A stretch of 64,000 nucleotides of DNA from a bacterium (GCA_036274695.1 DASUFF010000030.1:2510-66509); one strand, 5' to 3'. Positions 38,029 to 47,895 are shown, numbered from the stretch's first letter. The notes: generated by a model from the sequence alone, not told the origin. A program made the numbers and translations.

Positions 38029-39249
38029 TTACGAGGGTTGGTTCGCCGTTCTTAGCGGGAACGACGGAACCGACATCTTGAGAATCCGCTTCAGGGAACC
38101 CTTGAGCGTTTTTCCCCAATCGGTACGGTGGTAGCGCACGCCGTAGCGCTCGCAGATTTCCTGAATTTTAGGGGCGATCTTGCGGAGACGATTGGGAGGA
38201 AGCTTCGGGAAGAGGTGGTGTTCGATCTGGTAATCGAGAGCGCCACACAAGAGGCTCACCGGCCCTGGAACGGCGTAGTCATGGGCGGCCTCGATCTGAG
38301 CCTTGTACCATTCGCCGCGCCCGCTGGCCTTGAAGTCCTTGTCGAAATACTCCAGATCGTCGCCGAAGTGCCCCGCGTAAATGGTGGCGATCGTATAAAT
38401 ATTCCGAAGCGCGTCGGCGCTTAAATTCCCCAACAGGACCTTCCACCACATCGGGCCCGCCAGAACCGGCCACAGCCCGAAATGATAAGCGGAGTAGGGC
38501 ACCAGTTTCTTCGCGGTTTGGCGGAACGCCTTCCACACCGTTTTTAGCTTTTTATCGGGAAGGACGTTGGCGTAGGTCTCGTCGCCGGCCGGATGGGCTA
38601 GGTCGGTCAGGCCCGTGGCGTGGACGGCGATCGTATAGGTGAAGACGGGGGCGGTGATGAAGAACTGAAGATATTGGATCAGATTGTGCGGCCACCACCG
38701 GGTTTGGTCGGCGATGCGTAGGCCGCCGTAGTTCAAATCAGGGTCCTTGCCCACCACGTTCGTGTACTGATGGTGGAGGATGTTGTGCTCCCGCTTCCAG
38801 GCCTCCTCTTCGGTCGGCATGATCCACTTGAAGCCCGAGGAAAAGAACGCCTCCGCTCCCGCCAATCCGTCCCAGCAGCCGTGCAATGCGGAATGCCCGA
38901 TCTCGATGGTTTCCAACTGGTGATGGACCCAAAGGGCGAGGACGCCCGCACCCCAGGTGAAGGGATCCAGGCTGAAATGAATGAGGGCGCGCCCGACGGC
39001 CTCCGAGGCGCGCGAGAGTTTGCGCACTTTTTTGACGTAGGCGACGTCTTCGTGCCCAAGTTTCGCTTTGGCTTCCTCGCCGACGGCGGTGATCTCCCGG
39101 CCGAAGGCCTCGAATTTTTCAGGCGTCCAGGTCTCTTTCAGCGATTTTCCTTTTCTCGTCGTCACTTGGAGCTCCTTCGGCGATGGCGCCAATTCAGTAT
39201 ACAGTTGTGCACTGAAAATAGCCCATTGTCCCATTTTGTCAAGCCACAT
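38029..39249 (-). CDS. Membrane fatty-acid desaturase (histidine-box di-iron enzyme)
   Basis: It has histidine boxes HHQLE, HNILHH and HHLFP, and four TM segments. The start is taken at MWLDKMGQ. Confidence 0.75.
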   Translation of the reverse strand: MWLDKMGQWAIFSAQLYTELAPSPKELQVTTRKGKSLKETWTPEKFEAFGREITAVGEEAKAKLGHEDVAYVKKVRKLSRASEAVGRALIHFSLDPFTWGAGVLALWVHHQLETIEIGHSALHGCWDGLAGAEAFFSSGFKWIMPTEEEAWKREHNILHHQYTNVVGKDPDLNYGGLRIADQTRWWPHNLIQYLQFFITAPVFTYTIAVHATGLTDLAHPAGDETYANVLPDKKLKTVWKAFRQTAKKLVPYSAYHFGLWPVLAGPMWWKVLLGNLSADALRNIYTIATIYAGHFGDDLEYFDKDFKASGRGEWYKAQIEAAHDYAVPGPVSLLCGALDYQIEHHLFPKLPPNRLRKIAPKIQEICERYGVRYHRTDWGKTLKGSLKRILKMSVPSFPLRTANQPS

Positions 39250-39316
39250 CCCCTTGAAATTCAAGAAAAATGGGCCTAAAAACGTCGCATATGTACACCG
39301 AAAAGGCGGTTCCTGC

Positions 39317-39928
39317 TTGAAGACGCGGGCCGAAAAGAAGGCTTTGACCCGGCGGGATCTGGTCGACGCCGCCATTCGCTTGAGCGCGGACCGGGGCTTC
39401 GCCGGATTAAGCCTGCGCGAAGTTTGCCGGGCGGCGGGGCTGACGCCGACCGCTTTCTATAGACATTTCAAGGATATGGACGACTTGGGGCTTGCGTTGG
39501 TCGACGAGGTGGCTTTGTCCTTAAGGCGCCTCATGCGCGAGGCGCGGCAGAAAGCGGAAGGGAAGGGGAGCCGCGTCGAGTCCTCGGCCGAGGCCTTCGT
39601 GGCCTTCATTCGCCAAAACGCCCATCTGTTCCGTCTTTTGCTCGGCGAGCGGTCCGGAAGCTCGGCCGGATTCCGAAAGGCGATCCGGCGGGAGATGAAT
39701 CTCTTCGTTTCGGAGCTGTCCGAAGATCTGCAGAGGGTGGCGGCGCTGACGAACCGGCCGTTGGTCGATCCCCTTCTGACCTCCGAGATCATCGTGGCTT
39801 TGGTGTTCACCGTCGGAGCCGAGGCCCTGGACCTTTCGCCGGCGGAGGCGCGCCGTTTGACGAAACGGCTGATCCGGGAGATCCGGATCGTCCTCAGAGG
39901 GTCCGAATCCTTGGCCGAGAGAAGTTAG
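39317..39928 (+). CDS. TetR-family transcriptional regulator, divergent from the desaturase (DesT-like arrangement)
   Basis: It has a TTG start. The N-terminal HTH reads LTRRDLVDAAIRLSADRGFAGLSLREVCRAAGLTPTAFYRHF. Confidence 0.7.
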   Translation: MKTRAEKKALTRRDLVDAAIRLSADRGFAGLSLREVCRAAGLTPTAFYRHFKDMDDLGLALVDEVALSLRRLMREARQKAEGKGSRVESSAEAFVAFIRQNAHLFRLLLGERSGSSAGFRKAIRREMNLFVSELSEDLQRVAALTNRPLVDPLLTSEIIVALVFTVGAEALDLSPAEARRLTKRLIREIRIVLRGSESLAERS

Positions 39929-41994
39929 TCGGCTTCGAACGACTCGGAGCACGAGCCGCCAATGGAATTCTGGCAGGTCAGATGAAGAGTGAGGTTCGAT
40001 TCGATGCTCACGCGGCAGGAATGCCCGGGCGCGCCGAAGATCGATAGATCGGTGTTTGTCGAGTCGGCCGTGTCGCTTTCCTCGCTTTCGGGCACGAACT
40101 CCTGGGCGCCGTTGGTCCCCAATGGGTTCAGCTCCACGCCTTCGGGGGTTTCTTCGAGTCCGAAACCGTCCGTGATCCCGCAGCCGGTATCTTGCGGCGT
40201 GTAGGTCTTGCCGACGGCCGGCGTGAAGGGGCTGGTGACCGTCCCTCCGGTGGTTCCCGAACCCGAACAAACAACGTTGATATTTAAAGACCGCTGAAAT
40301 CCCCAAGCCTGCGAGGTGACGGTGGCGCTGCAAGGCGATCCCGGCGCCGTGTAGGTCAGGGTGCGGTCGGTTTGATGGATGTCGCCGATCACTTCGTGCT
40401 CGAGGACGCCGACGGGATTGAGCGACCCGCAACCCTCGAGGGCGATGGTGTCGTGGTTCACGCAGGCGTTGTTGTGATGGCAAAGGGTCGTGACGCTGTT
40501 GCAGGCCACCGTGATGGTCTCCGGATTCGTCGTAGGATCGTGGGCGTCGCAGACGGACCGGCTCGCGCTTAAGACCAAGGCCTTCTCCTGGACGTCGATG
40601 TTCTGGCAGTTCCTTTGAAGATGATTGTTCCAGCAGGACGTGAGCTTCTTCAAGCCCGCCGCCCCGAGCACCAGGTTTTTCACCGTCCCGCGCTCGTTCA
40701 CGCAGCAATTCAAGTCCACGTATTGTTCGCAGGTCGACCCAAAGTAGGCCGCTGCGTGCCGGGCGAAGTTGTGGGGACGGCCGGCGGCCGGCCAGTAGGA
40801 GCCGTTGTAATCCAGACAGCAGCCTTCCGCGTTGCTCGCTCCGCAAACGATGTGGGTGGTCTTTGTCGGAGGAACGATTCCCAACGCCACCGCCAAGGGA
40901 GCGTCGCTGGTATCGGTCAGAGGCACGCCACCGCACTGACCTTCGCTCGTATCGTCCATCGTGCAGGGATCCAGGAAAGGGACCTTCTGGACGATGGGAT
41001 CGGGCGATGCGAGCCGGCACAGGGGCAGGATCATCACCGGTTCGTCGTGGGTGAGGTCCTTGTAGACCTTGGCCGTCACCACGCCGGGAGGAATCGAAGG
41101 AATCGTGAAATTCCCGTCCGAATCGGCCATGACAGCGAGCGACGTATCGTTCTTGCCTCCCAGCGTGATCCAGTTGCCCTTCATCGGCGTCGGGTCGGTG
41201 AAGAAGCCGGAGCCGCTCAAAGTGACGTTCGCCGGGACGATGGACGGATCTTTGGTGATCTCGGCCAACTCCGCCGGGGTGAGATCGTCGCGGGAGGCGA
41301 CGAAAAGGAGACGGCCGCTTAAAGGACCCGCGCCCGGCGAGGCGCAGGCGACGTCTACGGGATTAGCTTCGGGAATACCATCGCCGTCGGTGTCGCTTCC
41401 GGTTAAGAAACCGGCCTCATTGTCGTCGGGGATTCCGTCGGCGTTGGTATCGAACCTGATGGGTTCGATGGCCGGAAAAGCGATCGTTTTGCCCGAAGCG
41501 CCGGCGAAGGCGATCCCCCGGGCCGAGAGGTCCGACGAGAAATCGGAGGGATTCAACAGCGTGAGCGTGCCCAAATCAGACGTCTGGGATTCGCCCATCT
41601 TTACGAAGGACGTGAGTTTGAGCGATTTCCCGTCGTTCAACTGCGTCGGATCCTGCCAGGACAACACCGCCCCGACGTCGCCGGAGTCGTCCAAAAATTG
41701 CAGATAGCAGGATTTGCCCTTGGCGAGCGTCGCGGAGAAGGAGCAGTCCGCGCCGATGTCGAAATCGGAGGCCGCGCCGTCGCAGACCACGCGGACGGAG
41801 GCGAATCCTCCGCGACAGCCCGCCGTTTCGCCCTTGGAGGCCTGAAGCGCCGTCGGTTCTTCGGTAGGCAGCCGTCCGGTCAATGCGGGGTTTCCGAATT
41901 CGGAACCACCGGTGGCCGATCCGCAGCCTCCGGAGGCGAGGGGAAGGGACAGAACGGTCACCGATAGGATGGCGAGAAGAAAGCGAGCTCCCAT
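39925..41994 (-). CDS. Large secreted Cys-rich lipoprotein with thrombospondin type-3-like calcium-binding repeats
   Basis: It has lipobox LASGGC. It carries DTNADGIPDDNEAGFLTGSDTDGDGIPEANPVD and more than 40 Cys. Confidence 0.6.
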   Translation of the reverse strand: MGARFLLAILSVTVLSLPLASGGCGSATGGSEFGNPALTGRLPTEEPTALQASKGETAGCRGGFASVRVVCDGAASDFDIGADCSFSATLAKGKSCYLQFLDDSGDVGAVLSWQDPTQLNDGKSLKLTSFVKMGESQTSDLGTLTLLNPSDFSSDLSARGIAFAGASGKTIAFPAIEPIRFDTNADGIPDDNEAGFLTGSDTDGDGIPEANPVDVACASPGAGPLSGRLLFVASRDDLTPAELAEITKDPSIVPANVTLSGSGFFTDPTPMKGNWITLGGKNDTSLAVMADSDGNFTIPSIPPGVVTAKVYKDLTHDEPVMILPLCRLASPDPIVQKVPFLDPCTMDDTSEGQCGGVPLTDTSDAPLAVALGIVPPTKTTHIVCGASNAEGCCLDYNGSYWPAAGRPHNFARHAAAYFGSTCEQYVDLNCCVNERGTVKNLVLGAAGLKKLTSCWNNHLQRNCQNIDVQEKALVLSASRSVCDAHDPTTNPETITVACNSVTTLCHHNNACVNHDTIALEGCGSLNPVGVLEHEVIGDIHQTDRTLTYTAPGSPCSATVTSQAWGFQRSLNINVVCSGSGTTGGTVTSPFTPAVGKTYTPQDTGCGITDGFGLEETPEGVELNPLGTNGAQEFVPESEESDTADSTNTDLSIFGAPGHSCRVSIESNLTLHLTCQNSIGGSCSESFEAD

Positions 41995-42016
41995 GGTCCC
42001 CCCGTGTGCGGGTGAT

Positions 42017-42466
42017 TTATTTGACTTCGCGATTGATGATCACGTCCACGTCCCGGTCTCCGACGCGCGCGGGAACCTTCACGGCCGTTCCTTCGAGATC
42101 GCCCGGCTGGGCCGGGCCGGCGCCGCCGTCCTTGTCGATGCGGGCGAGCACGCGGACCTCGCCTTGGAACGGTGTGCCGGGGAACATGACGTCGCTCGCG
42201 GTCAAGGCGTAGGCGACGGGAAAGGCCGGGCTCGCAATTTTTTTGACGGCGAGCGGCGGTCCCACGTCCTTGCGGGCGATGACGAAGAGCACGTCGGTCG
42301 GCTGGATTTTCGCCTGGACCTCCGGCGCCACCGAGATCAGGCCGGTGATCGTCGCGCCTTCGTTGATGTCGGCGACCGGCGCCGAATCGCCTTGGGAGCA
42401 GGCGTATAAAAAGGCCGAAGAACAAAGTCCGAAGAGGGCGATAAGACGCGAGGCGCGGGATGTCAT
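42017..42466 (-). CDS. Small lipoprotein, hypothetical, co-oriented with and upstream of the large lipoprotein gene
   Basis: It starts at MTSRASRLIALFGLCSSAFLYAC with a lipobox. The rest is beta-rich. Confidence 0.5.
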   Translation of the reverse strand: MTSRASRLIALFGLCSSAFLYACSQGDSAPVADINEGATITGLISVAPEVQAKIQPTDVLFVIARKDVGPPLAVKKIASPAFPVAYALTASDVMFPGTPFQGEVRVLARIDKDGGAGPAQPGDLEGTAVKVPARVGDRDVDVIINREVK

Positions 42467-42513
42467 GAATCCTCCGAAAAGTGCGCCTCCTATAAATCGC
42501 GGACGGCGAGGCG

Positions 42514-43719
42514 TCAAGCGACCTGGCCGGCCGCCCAGCCGGAGGCCCAGGCCCACTGGAAGTTGTAGCCGCCCAGCCATCCGGTAACGTCGACGACCTC
42601 GCCGATGAAATAAAGCCCCGGGACTGTTTTCGCCTCCATCGTCTTGGAGGACAGCTCGTTCGTGGAAACGCCGCCGCGCGTGACCTCGGCGCGATCGTAG
42701 CCGACGGTGCCCGTCGGCACGATCCGCCACCCGTTCAATAACGCGCCCAACCCCTCCAGCGCCTTGTCGCCGATCTGGACGAGAGGCAGCGCGGGCGTCT
42801 TGGCCAGGGCGCAGAATTTTTCCGAAAAGCTCTTTGCGAAGAAGGCGGTCAGCAGGTTCTTAGGCTCGGCCTTGGAGCCCTCCCTCTTTTTTCCAATCAG
42901 CCAATCCGCCGCGTCCGTCTCCGGCAGGAGGTTGACGACGACCTCGCCGCCGCGCCTCCAATAGAGGGAGGCCTGAAGGGCCGCGGGGCCGCTCAATCCC
43001 AAGTGCGTGAAGAGGATGTTCTCGCGGAACGACGCGCCGCCGCAGGTCACCACGCTGTCGACGGAAACGCCCGAGAGGCCTTCCAAGGCGGCGAGCAGGG
43101 GACGGGCGAGCTTGAATCCGTCCAGCGCCGGCGCCGTTTCTACGATGTCGAGGCCGAATTGCCGCGCGATCTCGTAGCCCAGGCCCGTGGCGCCGATCTT
43201 CGGGAGCGAAAGACCTCCGGTGGCGACCACGAGCGACGGGGCTTCGAAGGTCCCGCGGCTCGTTGAAACCCGGAAGCCGTCGCCCTCCCGCGCCACGCCG
43301 CGAACGGAGGTCTCCAGACGGAGTTCGGCGCCGGCCTTTTCGCATTCGGCGAGGAGCAGGTTCAAGATGTCGCGCGCCGAGCGGTCACAGAAGAGCTGGC
43401 CCAGTTTTTTTTCGTGGAAGGGAATGCCGTGGGCCTTGACCAGGGCTATGAAGTCCTCGGGCGCGAAGCGCGACAGGGCGGACTTGGCGAAATGGGGATT
43501 CTCCGAGACGTAGGCGCGCGCCTCCGTGCCGGTGTTGGTGAAGTTACAGCGTCCCCCGCCGGAGATGAGGATTTTGCCCCCGGCCTTCTTCGCGTGGTCG
43601 AGGACCACCACCTTCCGGCCCCGCTTGCCGGCCTCGACGGCGCACATCAGCCCCGCGCCTCCGGCTCCCAGTATCAGAACGTCGGGGTCGGTTGACAGCT
43701 CTGTCGAAAAAGGTCTCAA
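42514..43719 (-). CDS. HI0933/BaiN-family FAD-dependent oxidoreductase (flavoprotein)
   Basis: It has DVLILGAGGAGLMCA and the HI0933-like blocks (GGRCNFTN). The start is uncertain: a TTG at 43719 would leave only 8 bp to the divergent gene. Confidence 0.65.
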   Translation of the reverse strand: MRPFSTELSTDPDVLILGAGGAGLMCAVEAGKRGRKVVVLDHAKKAGGKILISGGGRCNFTNTGTEARAYVSENPHFAKSALSRFAPEDFIALVKAHGIPFHEKKLGQLFCDRSARDILNLLLAECEKAGAELRLETSVRGVAREGDGFRVSTSRGTFEAPSLVVATGGLSLPKIGATGLGYEIARQFGLDIVETAPALDGFKLARPLLAALEGLSGVSVDSVVTCGGASFRENILFTHLGLSGPAALQASLYWRRGGEVVVNLLPETDAADWLIGKKREGSKAEPKNLLTAFFAKSFSEKFCALAKTPALPLVQIGDKALEGLGALLNGWRIVPTGTVGYDRAEVTRGGVSTNELSSKTMEAKTVPGLYFIGEVVDVTGWLGGYNFQWAWASGWAAGQVA

Positions 43720-43726
43720 TACCGGG

Positions 43727-45088
43727 ATGTATCGCACACTCAATCCCGCCACGGAAGAATTGATCCGAGAATATCCGGAACACACGCCGGCGCAAATCGA
43801 CGCCGCCCTCGCCCGATCCCGCGAGGCCTTCGCCGCCTGGCGTGCGACGCCCATCGACCAGCGCGTCGCCGTCGTTCGGAAGCTCGCCTCGCTGGTCCGG
43901 GCGCGGCTCGCCCGCTACGGCGCCTTGGTGACGCAGGAGATGGGCAAGCCGTTCAGCCAGGCGCAGGTGGAGATCGACAAGTGCGGGCGCGGTTGCGACT
44001 ACTACACCACCTCGGCCAAACAGGCCCTCGATCCCCAGACCATTCAAACCGAGGCCGCCAAGAGCTACGTCCGCTACGATCCTCTCGGTGCGATCTTGGG
44101 GATCATGCCTTGGAATTTTCCCTTCTGGCAGGTCTTCCGCTTCGCGGTTCCGGCGGTTCTGGCAGGCAACGTCGTCCTCCTGAAACACGCCCCGAACGTC
44201 CCGGCCTGCGCCTTGGAAATCGAAAGCGTTTTTCGGGAAGCCGGAGCTCCCGAAGGCGTCTTTCAATCGCTCTTCCTGATCAACGACGACGCCGCGAAAC
44301 TGATCGCGTCCGGAGAAATCGCCGGCGTTTCGCTCACCGGCAGCGACCGCGCCGGCAGCGCGGTGGCATCCGTCGCCGGCAAGAACCTCGTGAAGACGGT
44401 TTTGGAGCTGGGCGGATCGGATCCCTTCATCGTCTTCGACGACGCCGACCTCGATGCCACGATCCCCGTCGCCGTCAAGGCCCGCATGCTGAACACCGGG
44501 CAGAGCTGCATCGCCGCCAAGCGCTTTTTGGTAAACGACAAGATTTATCCCGAATTCCAAAGGCGGCTCCTCGAGGCGGTGAAGGCGCTCAAGGTGGGCG
44601 ATCCCACGCAGGCCGATACGGATTTGGGGCCGCTGGCCCGCGAAGACCTTCTGGCCAACCTGGTGAAGCAGGTCGGCGAGGCGAAAAAGCAGGGCGCGAA
44701 GGTCCTGCTCGAGGGCGGCCGCCGTCCGGGAAAGGGCTATTTCTACGAGCCGACCGTGCTGGAGGGCGTGGCGCCCGGCATGGTCGCCTTCGATCAGGAG
44801 GTCTTCGGGCCCGTCGTCTCCCTCGTCCGTTTCAAAGCGGACGACGAGGCCGTCGCCCTGGCCAATCAAACCCCGTTCGGCCTGGGCGCCTCGCTCTGGA
44901 CGCGCGACACGGCGAAGGCGGAGGCGATCGCCGCGCGCATCGACGCCGGCAACGTCTTCGTCAACGGCATGGTCAAGTCCGACCCGCGCCTTCCCTTCGG
45001 CGGCGTCAAGCGCTCGGGCTACGGCCGCGAGCTTTCGGTGGTGGGCATCCATGAATTTACGAATGTGAAAACGGTTTGGGTGGGATAA
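43727..45088 (+). CDS. NAD(P)-dependent aldehyde / succinate-semialdehyde dehydrogenase
   Basis: It has the ALDH motifs LELGGSDPFIV, the catalytic Cys in GQSCIAAKR, and EVFGPV. Confidence 0.85.
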   Translation: MYRTLNPATEELIREYPEHTPAQIDAALARSREAFAAWRATPIDQRVAVVRKLASLVRARLARYGALVTQEMGKPFSQAQVEIDKCGRGCDYYTTSAKQALDPQTIQTEAAKSYVRYDPLGAILGIMPWNFPFWQVFRFAVPAVLAGNVVLLKHAPNVPACALEIESVFREAGAPEGVFQSLFLINDDAAKLIASGEIAGVSLTGSDRAGSAVASVAGKNLVKTVLELGGSDPFIVFDDADLDATIPVAVKARMLNTGQSCIAAKRFLVNDKIYPEFQRRLLEAVKALKVGDPTQADTDLGPLAREDLLANLVKQVGEAKKQGAKVLLEGGRRPGKGYFYEPTVLEGVAPGMVAFDQEVFGPVVSLVRFKADDEAVALANQTPFGLGASLWTRDTAKAEAIAARIDAGNVFVNGMVKSDPRLPFGGVKRSGYGRELSVVGIHEFTNVKTVWVG

Positions 45089-45126
45089 GATCAGAAATCC
45101 CCCTCGGGGAGATTTCCGGAGGAATC

Positions 45127-45489
45127 ATGGAACGTACCGACTGGGCGGAAGTGAAGAGACGGTTGAAGCTGGCGGTGGATCAGGGCGTCAAGGCGCTCAA
45201 GGAAGGCGGGCAGGGCGCGCGTTACGTCGCCGGCCAGACCGCGCATGTCTTGCAACTGGAAATGGACATCTACGGACTCAAGAACCGCATCACGAAGACC
45301 ACGACGGATTTGGGGGAAGCCGCCTACAAATCGCTCAAGGCCGGCAAGGTGCAGACGAACGCGGAGATCACGCGCCTGATCGGCGATCTCGACACGCTGA
45401 AGGCGAGCCTGAAGAAGAAGCAGAACGAAGTGCACCGCACCCATCTCACGCGCTCGAACGGCGGCTCCAAACCCCGCAAAAAAACTTAG
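45127..45489 (+). CDS. Small coiled-coil hypothetical protein
   Basis: It is about 120 aa and helical. It sits between the ALDH gene and the Rieske gene. Confidence 0.4.
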   Translation: MERTDWAEVKRRLKLAVDQGVKALKEGGQGARYVAGQTAHVLQLEMDIYGLKNRITKTTTDLGEAAYKSLKAGKVQTNAEITRLIGDLDTLKASLKKKQNEVHRTHLTRSNGGSKPRKKT

Positions 45490-45495
45490 GAACGG

Positions 45496-45897
45496 ATGAC
45501 CGACTCCAAGCAGAGAGAAAAAGAGATCAAGGAACCGAAGCCCTTCGGCGTCGAGTACGTGCCCTACGTCAAGCGCGTGATTCCCAAGAAGGGCGAGCCC
45601 GTCTACGTCGGCAAGGCGAGCGAGATCCCGCCGGGCAAGGCCAAGTCCGTCATGACGGAGAAATACAAGGTGGCCGTCTTCAACGTGGACGGCAAGTTCT
45701 ACGCCATCAAAGACGCCTGTCCGCACGCCGAATACCCGCTCGAGAAGGGGACGCTCCGCGGCGAGATCGTGGCCTGCTCCTCCCACAACTGGCAGTTCAA
45801 CGTCCGCACCGGCGAGTGCGTGAAGGGCGATCCGGATATCAAGATCCGTCAATTCGAGGTGGAGGTGCGGGGGGACGAAGTCTGGGTAAAATCTTAG
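45496..45897 (+). CDS. Rieske [2Fe-2S] domain protein (NirD-like small ferredoxin)
   Basis: It has CPHAEYPL...(16 aa)...CSSHNWQF, which is a CxH...CxxH arrangement. Confidence 0.75.
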   Translation: MTDSKQREKEIKEPKPFGVEYVPYVKRVIPKKGEPVYVGKASEIPPGKAKSVMTEKYKVAVFNVDGKFYAIKDACPHAEYPLEKGTLRGEIVACSSHNWQFNVRTGECVKGDPDIKIRQFEVEVRGDEVWVKS

Positions 45898-46208
45898 GAT
45901 TTTGAAAAATCCTCTGATTTATTGGAGGAAACAGGGTTTGGCCTCTCGAAAAGAGGACAACCTATCTTGACTCGGTACGATAATCTCTTTAGCATGATCG
46001 AACGTTTTATGAATCCGACCCTGCCTTTTACCGCCGCTTCTTTCTTCTGTTGTCGCCGCTGTCACTAGCCGGCGACCTCCAGGGTAATCCCTAATTTCAG
46101 GTCCCAGAGCGTCGCCGGCTTATCGTTCCCTTCACCGACCGGAACGCAAGCGAGGCAGACGATGACTTTATACATTCGAATCATTTCTTGGATCCTGCAG
46201 GAGGGCGT

Positions 46209-46460
46209 ATGAGCGACGCTCTCGTTTCCATCGCCGGAAAAAATTTAAGGCGGCTGCGCCGTCAGCGAGGACTTTCGCTCGACCGTTTGGCCGAAGTCTC
46301 CGGCGTCAGCCGCGCCATGATCAGCCACGTCGAACTGGGTCAGAGCGCGCCGACCATCGTGACTTTGGACAAGATCGCGAAAGGTCTGGGCGTGTCGATC
46401 ATGTCTTTTCTCAATCACATCTTGAGCGAACCCCCCCCCGACCGTCTTTGTCGCTGTTGA
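46209..46460 (+). CDS. XRE-family HTH transcriptional regulator
   Basis: The HTH_3 segment reads LSLDRLAEVSGVSRAMISHVELGQSAP. An SD GGAGGG precedes it. Confidence 0.65.
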   Translation: MSDALVSIAGKNLRRLRRQRGLSLDRLAEVSGVSRAMISHVELGQSAPTIVTLDKIAKGLGVSIMSFLNHILSEPPPDRLCRC

Positions 46461-46524
46461 CCCTCCTCCATCGCAGTCATCAACGTCCGCCGTCATTAAT
46501 CCATAAACCTTAGGAGTTCGTGTC

Positions 46525-47883
46525 ATGGACCGTCTCAAAATCGACGTCATCGCCGTCCTGGTCGTGGCCGGGATGGCGCTGGGGCTTGCGTCTTTCAAGG
46601 CGTTCGCGGCCCCGAGTTTAAACGAGATCGATCGGAAACAAAAAGTCCTCGAAAGGAAATGGGAGCTGATCGAGGAGCAGAACAAGGACAAGGCAGCCGT
46701 CTCCGTCGGCAAGGAGGGCTTCCAGCTCAAATCCGGCGACGGCAAGTTCGCCCTCAAGCTGGGCGGGCTCGTGCACGCCGACAGCCGCTTCTTTTTCGAT
46801 CTGCCCCAAAACCTGGGCAACAACAGCTTCCTGCTCCGGCGCGTTCGTCCGATCGTGGAAGCCACGCTCTTCGACCGCTTCAGCGTCCGCATCGTCCCCG
46901 ATTTCGGCGGCGGCACCGCCGTCCTCCAGGACGCCTACGCGGACATCCGCTTCATCCCGGAGATCAAGCTCCGCGGCGGCAAGTTCAAGGAGCCGGTGGG
47001 CCTGGAGCGCCTCCAGTCCGCCAACAGCAATCTCTTCGTGGAACGCGGCCTGCCGACCAACCTGGTTCCGAACCGCGACGTGGGCGTCCAGCTCTTCGGC
47101 GACATCGGCGGCGGGCTGGTCAGCTACGCGGTCGGCGCCTTCAACGGCGTCTTCGACGGCGGCAGCTCCGACGGCGACAACAACGACGGCAAAGACATCG
47201 CCGGACGCGTCTTCGTCCAACCCTTCCTGAAGACGGGCATCGAGCCGCTCAAGGGATTGGGCGTCGGCGCGGCGGCGACCTTTGGAAAACAGAAGGGCAG
47301 CGCCTCGAGCCCGAACCTTCCGGGATTCAAGACGGCGGGGCAGTCCACCTTCTTCCGGTACCTGAACGTGCCGGCGTCGGGAACGACGGGGGCTTCCATC
47401 GTGGTGGCGGCGGGCAAGGTTTATCGCATCACCCCTCAGCTCTATTACAGCTGGGGCCCGTTCGGTTTCCTGGGCGAGTACGTCCGTTCCTCCCAGGAAG
47501 TGGACAGCGGCGGCACGGTGGACACCCTTACGCACCGCGCCTGGCAGACCGCGGCCTCGTTCGTGCTGACCGGAGAGAAGGCCTCCTACAAGGGCGTGAA
47601 GCCCAAGAACCCGATCAATCCGAAGGAAGGCAAATGGGGAGCCGTCGAGATCGCGGCCCGTTACAACGAGCTGCGCGTCGACAGCGCCGCCTTCCCCGTT
47701 TTCGCCGATCCGACCGCGTCCGCAAACCTGGCCCGCGGCTTCGGCGGCGGCGTGAACTGGTACCTGAACGACAACGTCAAATTCGTGCTCGATTTCGAGC
47801 ATACGCTCTTCCACGGCGGCGCCAAGACGGGCAATCGCCAGTCGGAGAACGCGTTACAAACCCGTCTGCAACTTTATTTCTAA
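46525..47883 (+). CDS. OprO/OprP-family anion-selective porin
   Basis: It has a signal peptide and an N-terminal coiled segment. The barrel region is long and ends in a terminal Phe. It lies upstream of the sulfate ABC genes. Confidence 0.65.
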   Translation: MDRLKIDVIAVLVVAGMALGLASFKAFAAPSLNEIDRKQKVLERKWELIEEQNKDKAAVSVGKEGFQLKSGDGKFALKLGGLVHADSRFFFDLPQNLGNNSFLLRRVRPIVEATLFDRFSVRIVPDFGGGTAVLQDAYADIRFIPEIKLRGGKFKEPVGLERLQSANSNLFVERGLPTNLVPNRDVGVQLFGDIGGGLVSYAVGAFNGVFDGGSSDGDNNDGKDIAGRVFVQPFLKTGIEPLKGLGVGAAATFGKQKGSASSPNLPGFKTAGQSTFFRYLNVPASGTTGASIVVAAGKVYRITPQLYYSWGPFGFLGEYVRSSQEVDSGGTVDTLTHRAWQTAASFVLTGEKASYKGVKPKNPINPKEGKWGAVEIAARYNELRVDSAAFPVFADPTASANLARGFGGGVNWYLNDNVKFVLDFEHTLFHGGAKTGNRQSENALQTRLQLYF

Positions 47884-47895
47884 AGGAGTCGTGTC

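Noticed and set aside
46245-46916. 223-aa minus-strand ORF
   Set aside because: It overlaps the XRE regulator and the porin start. It is low-complexity Ser/Pro/Arg-rich and has no ribosome-binding site.
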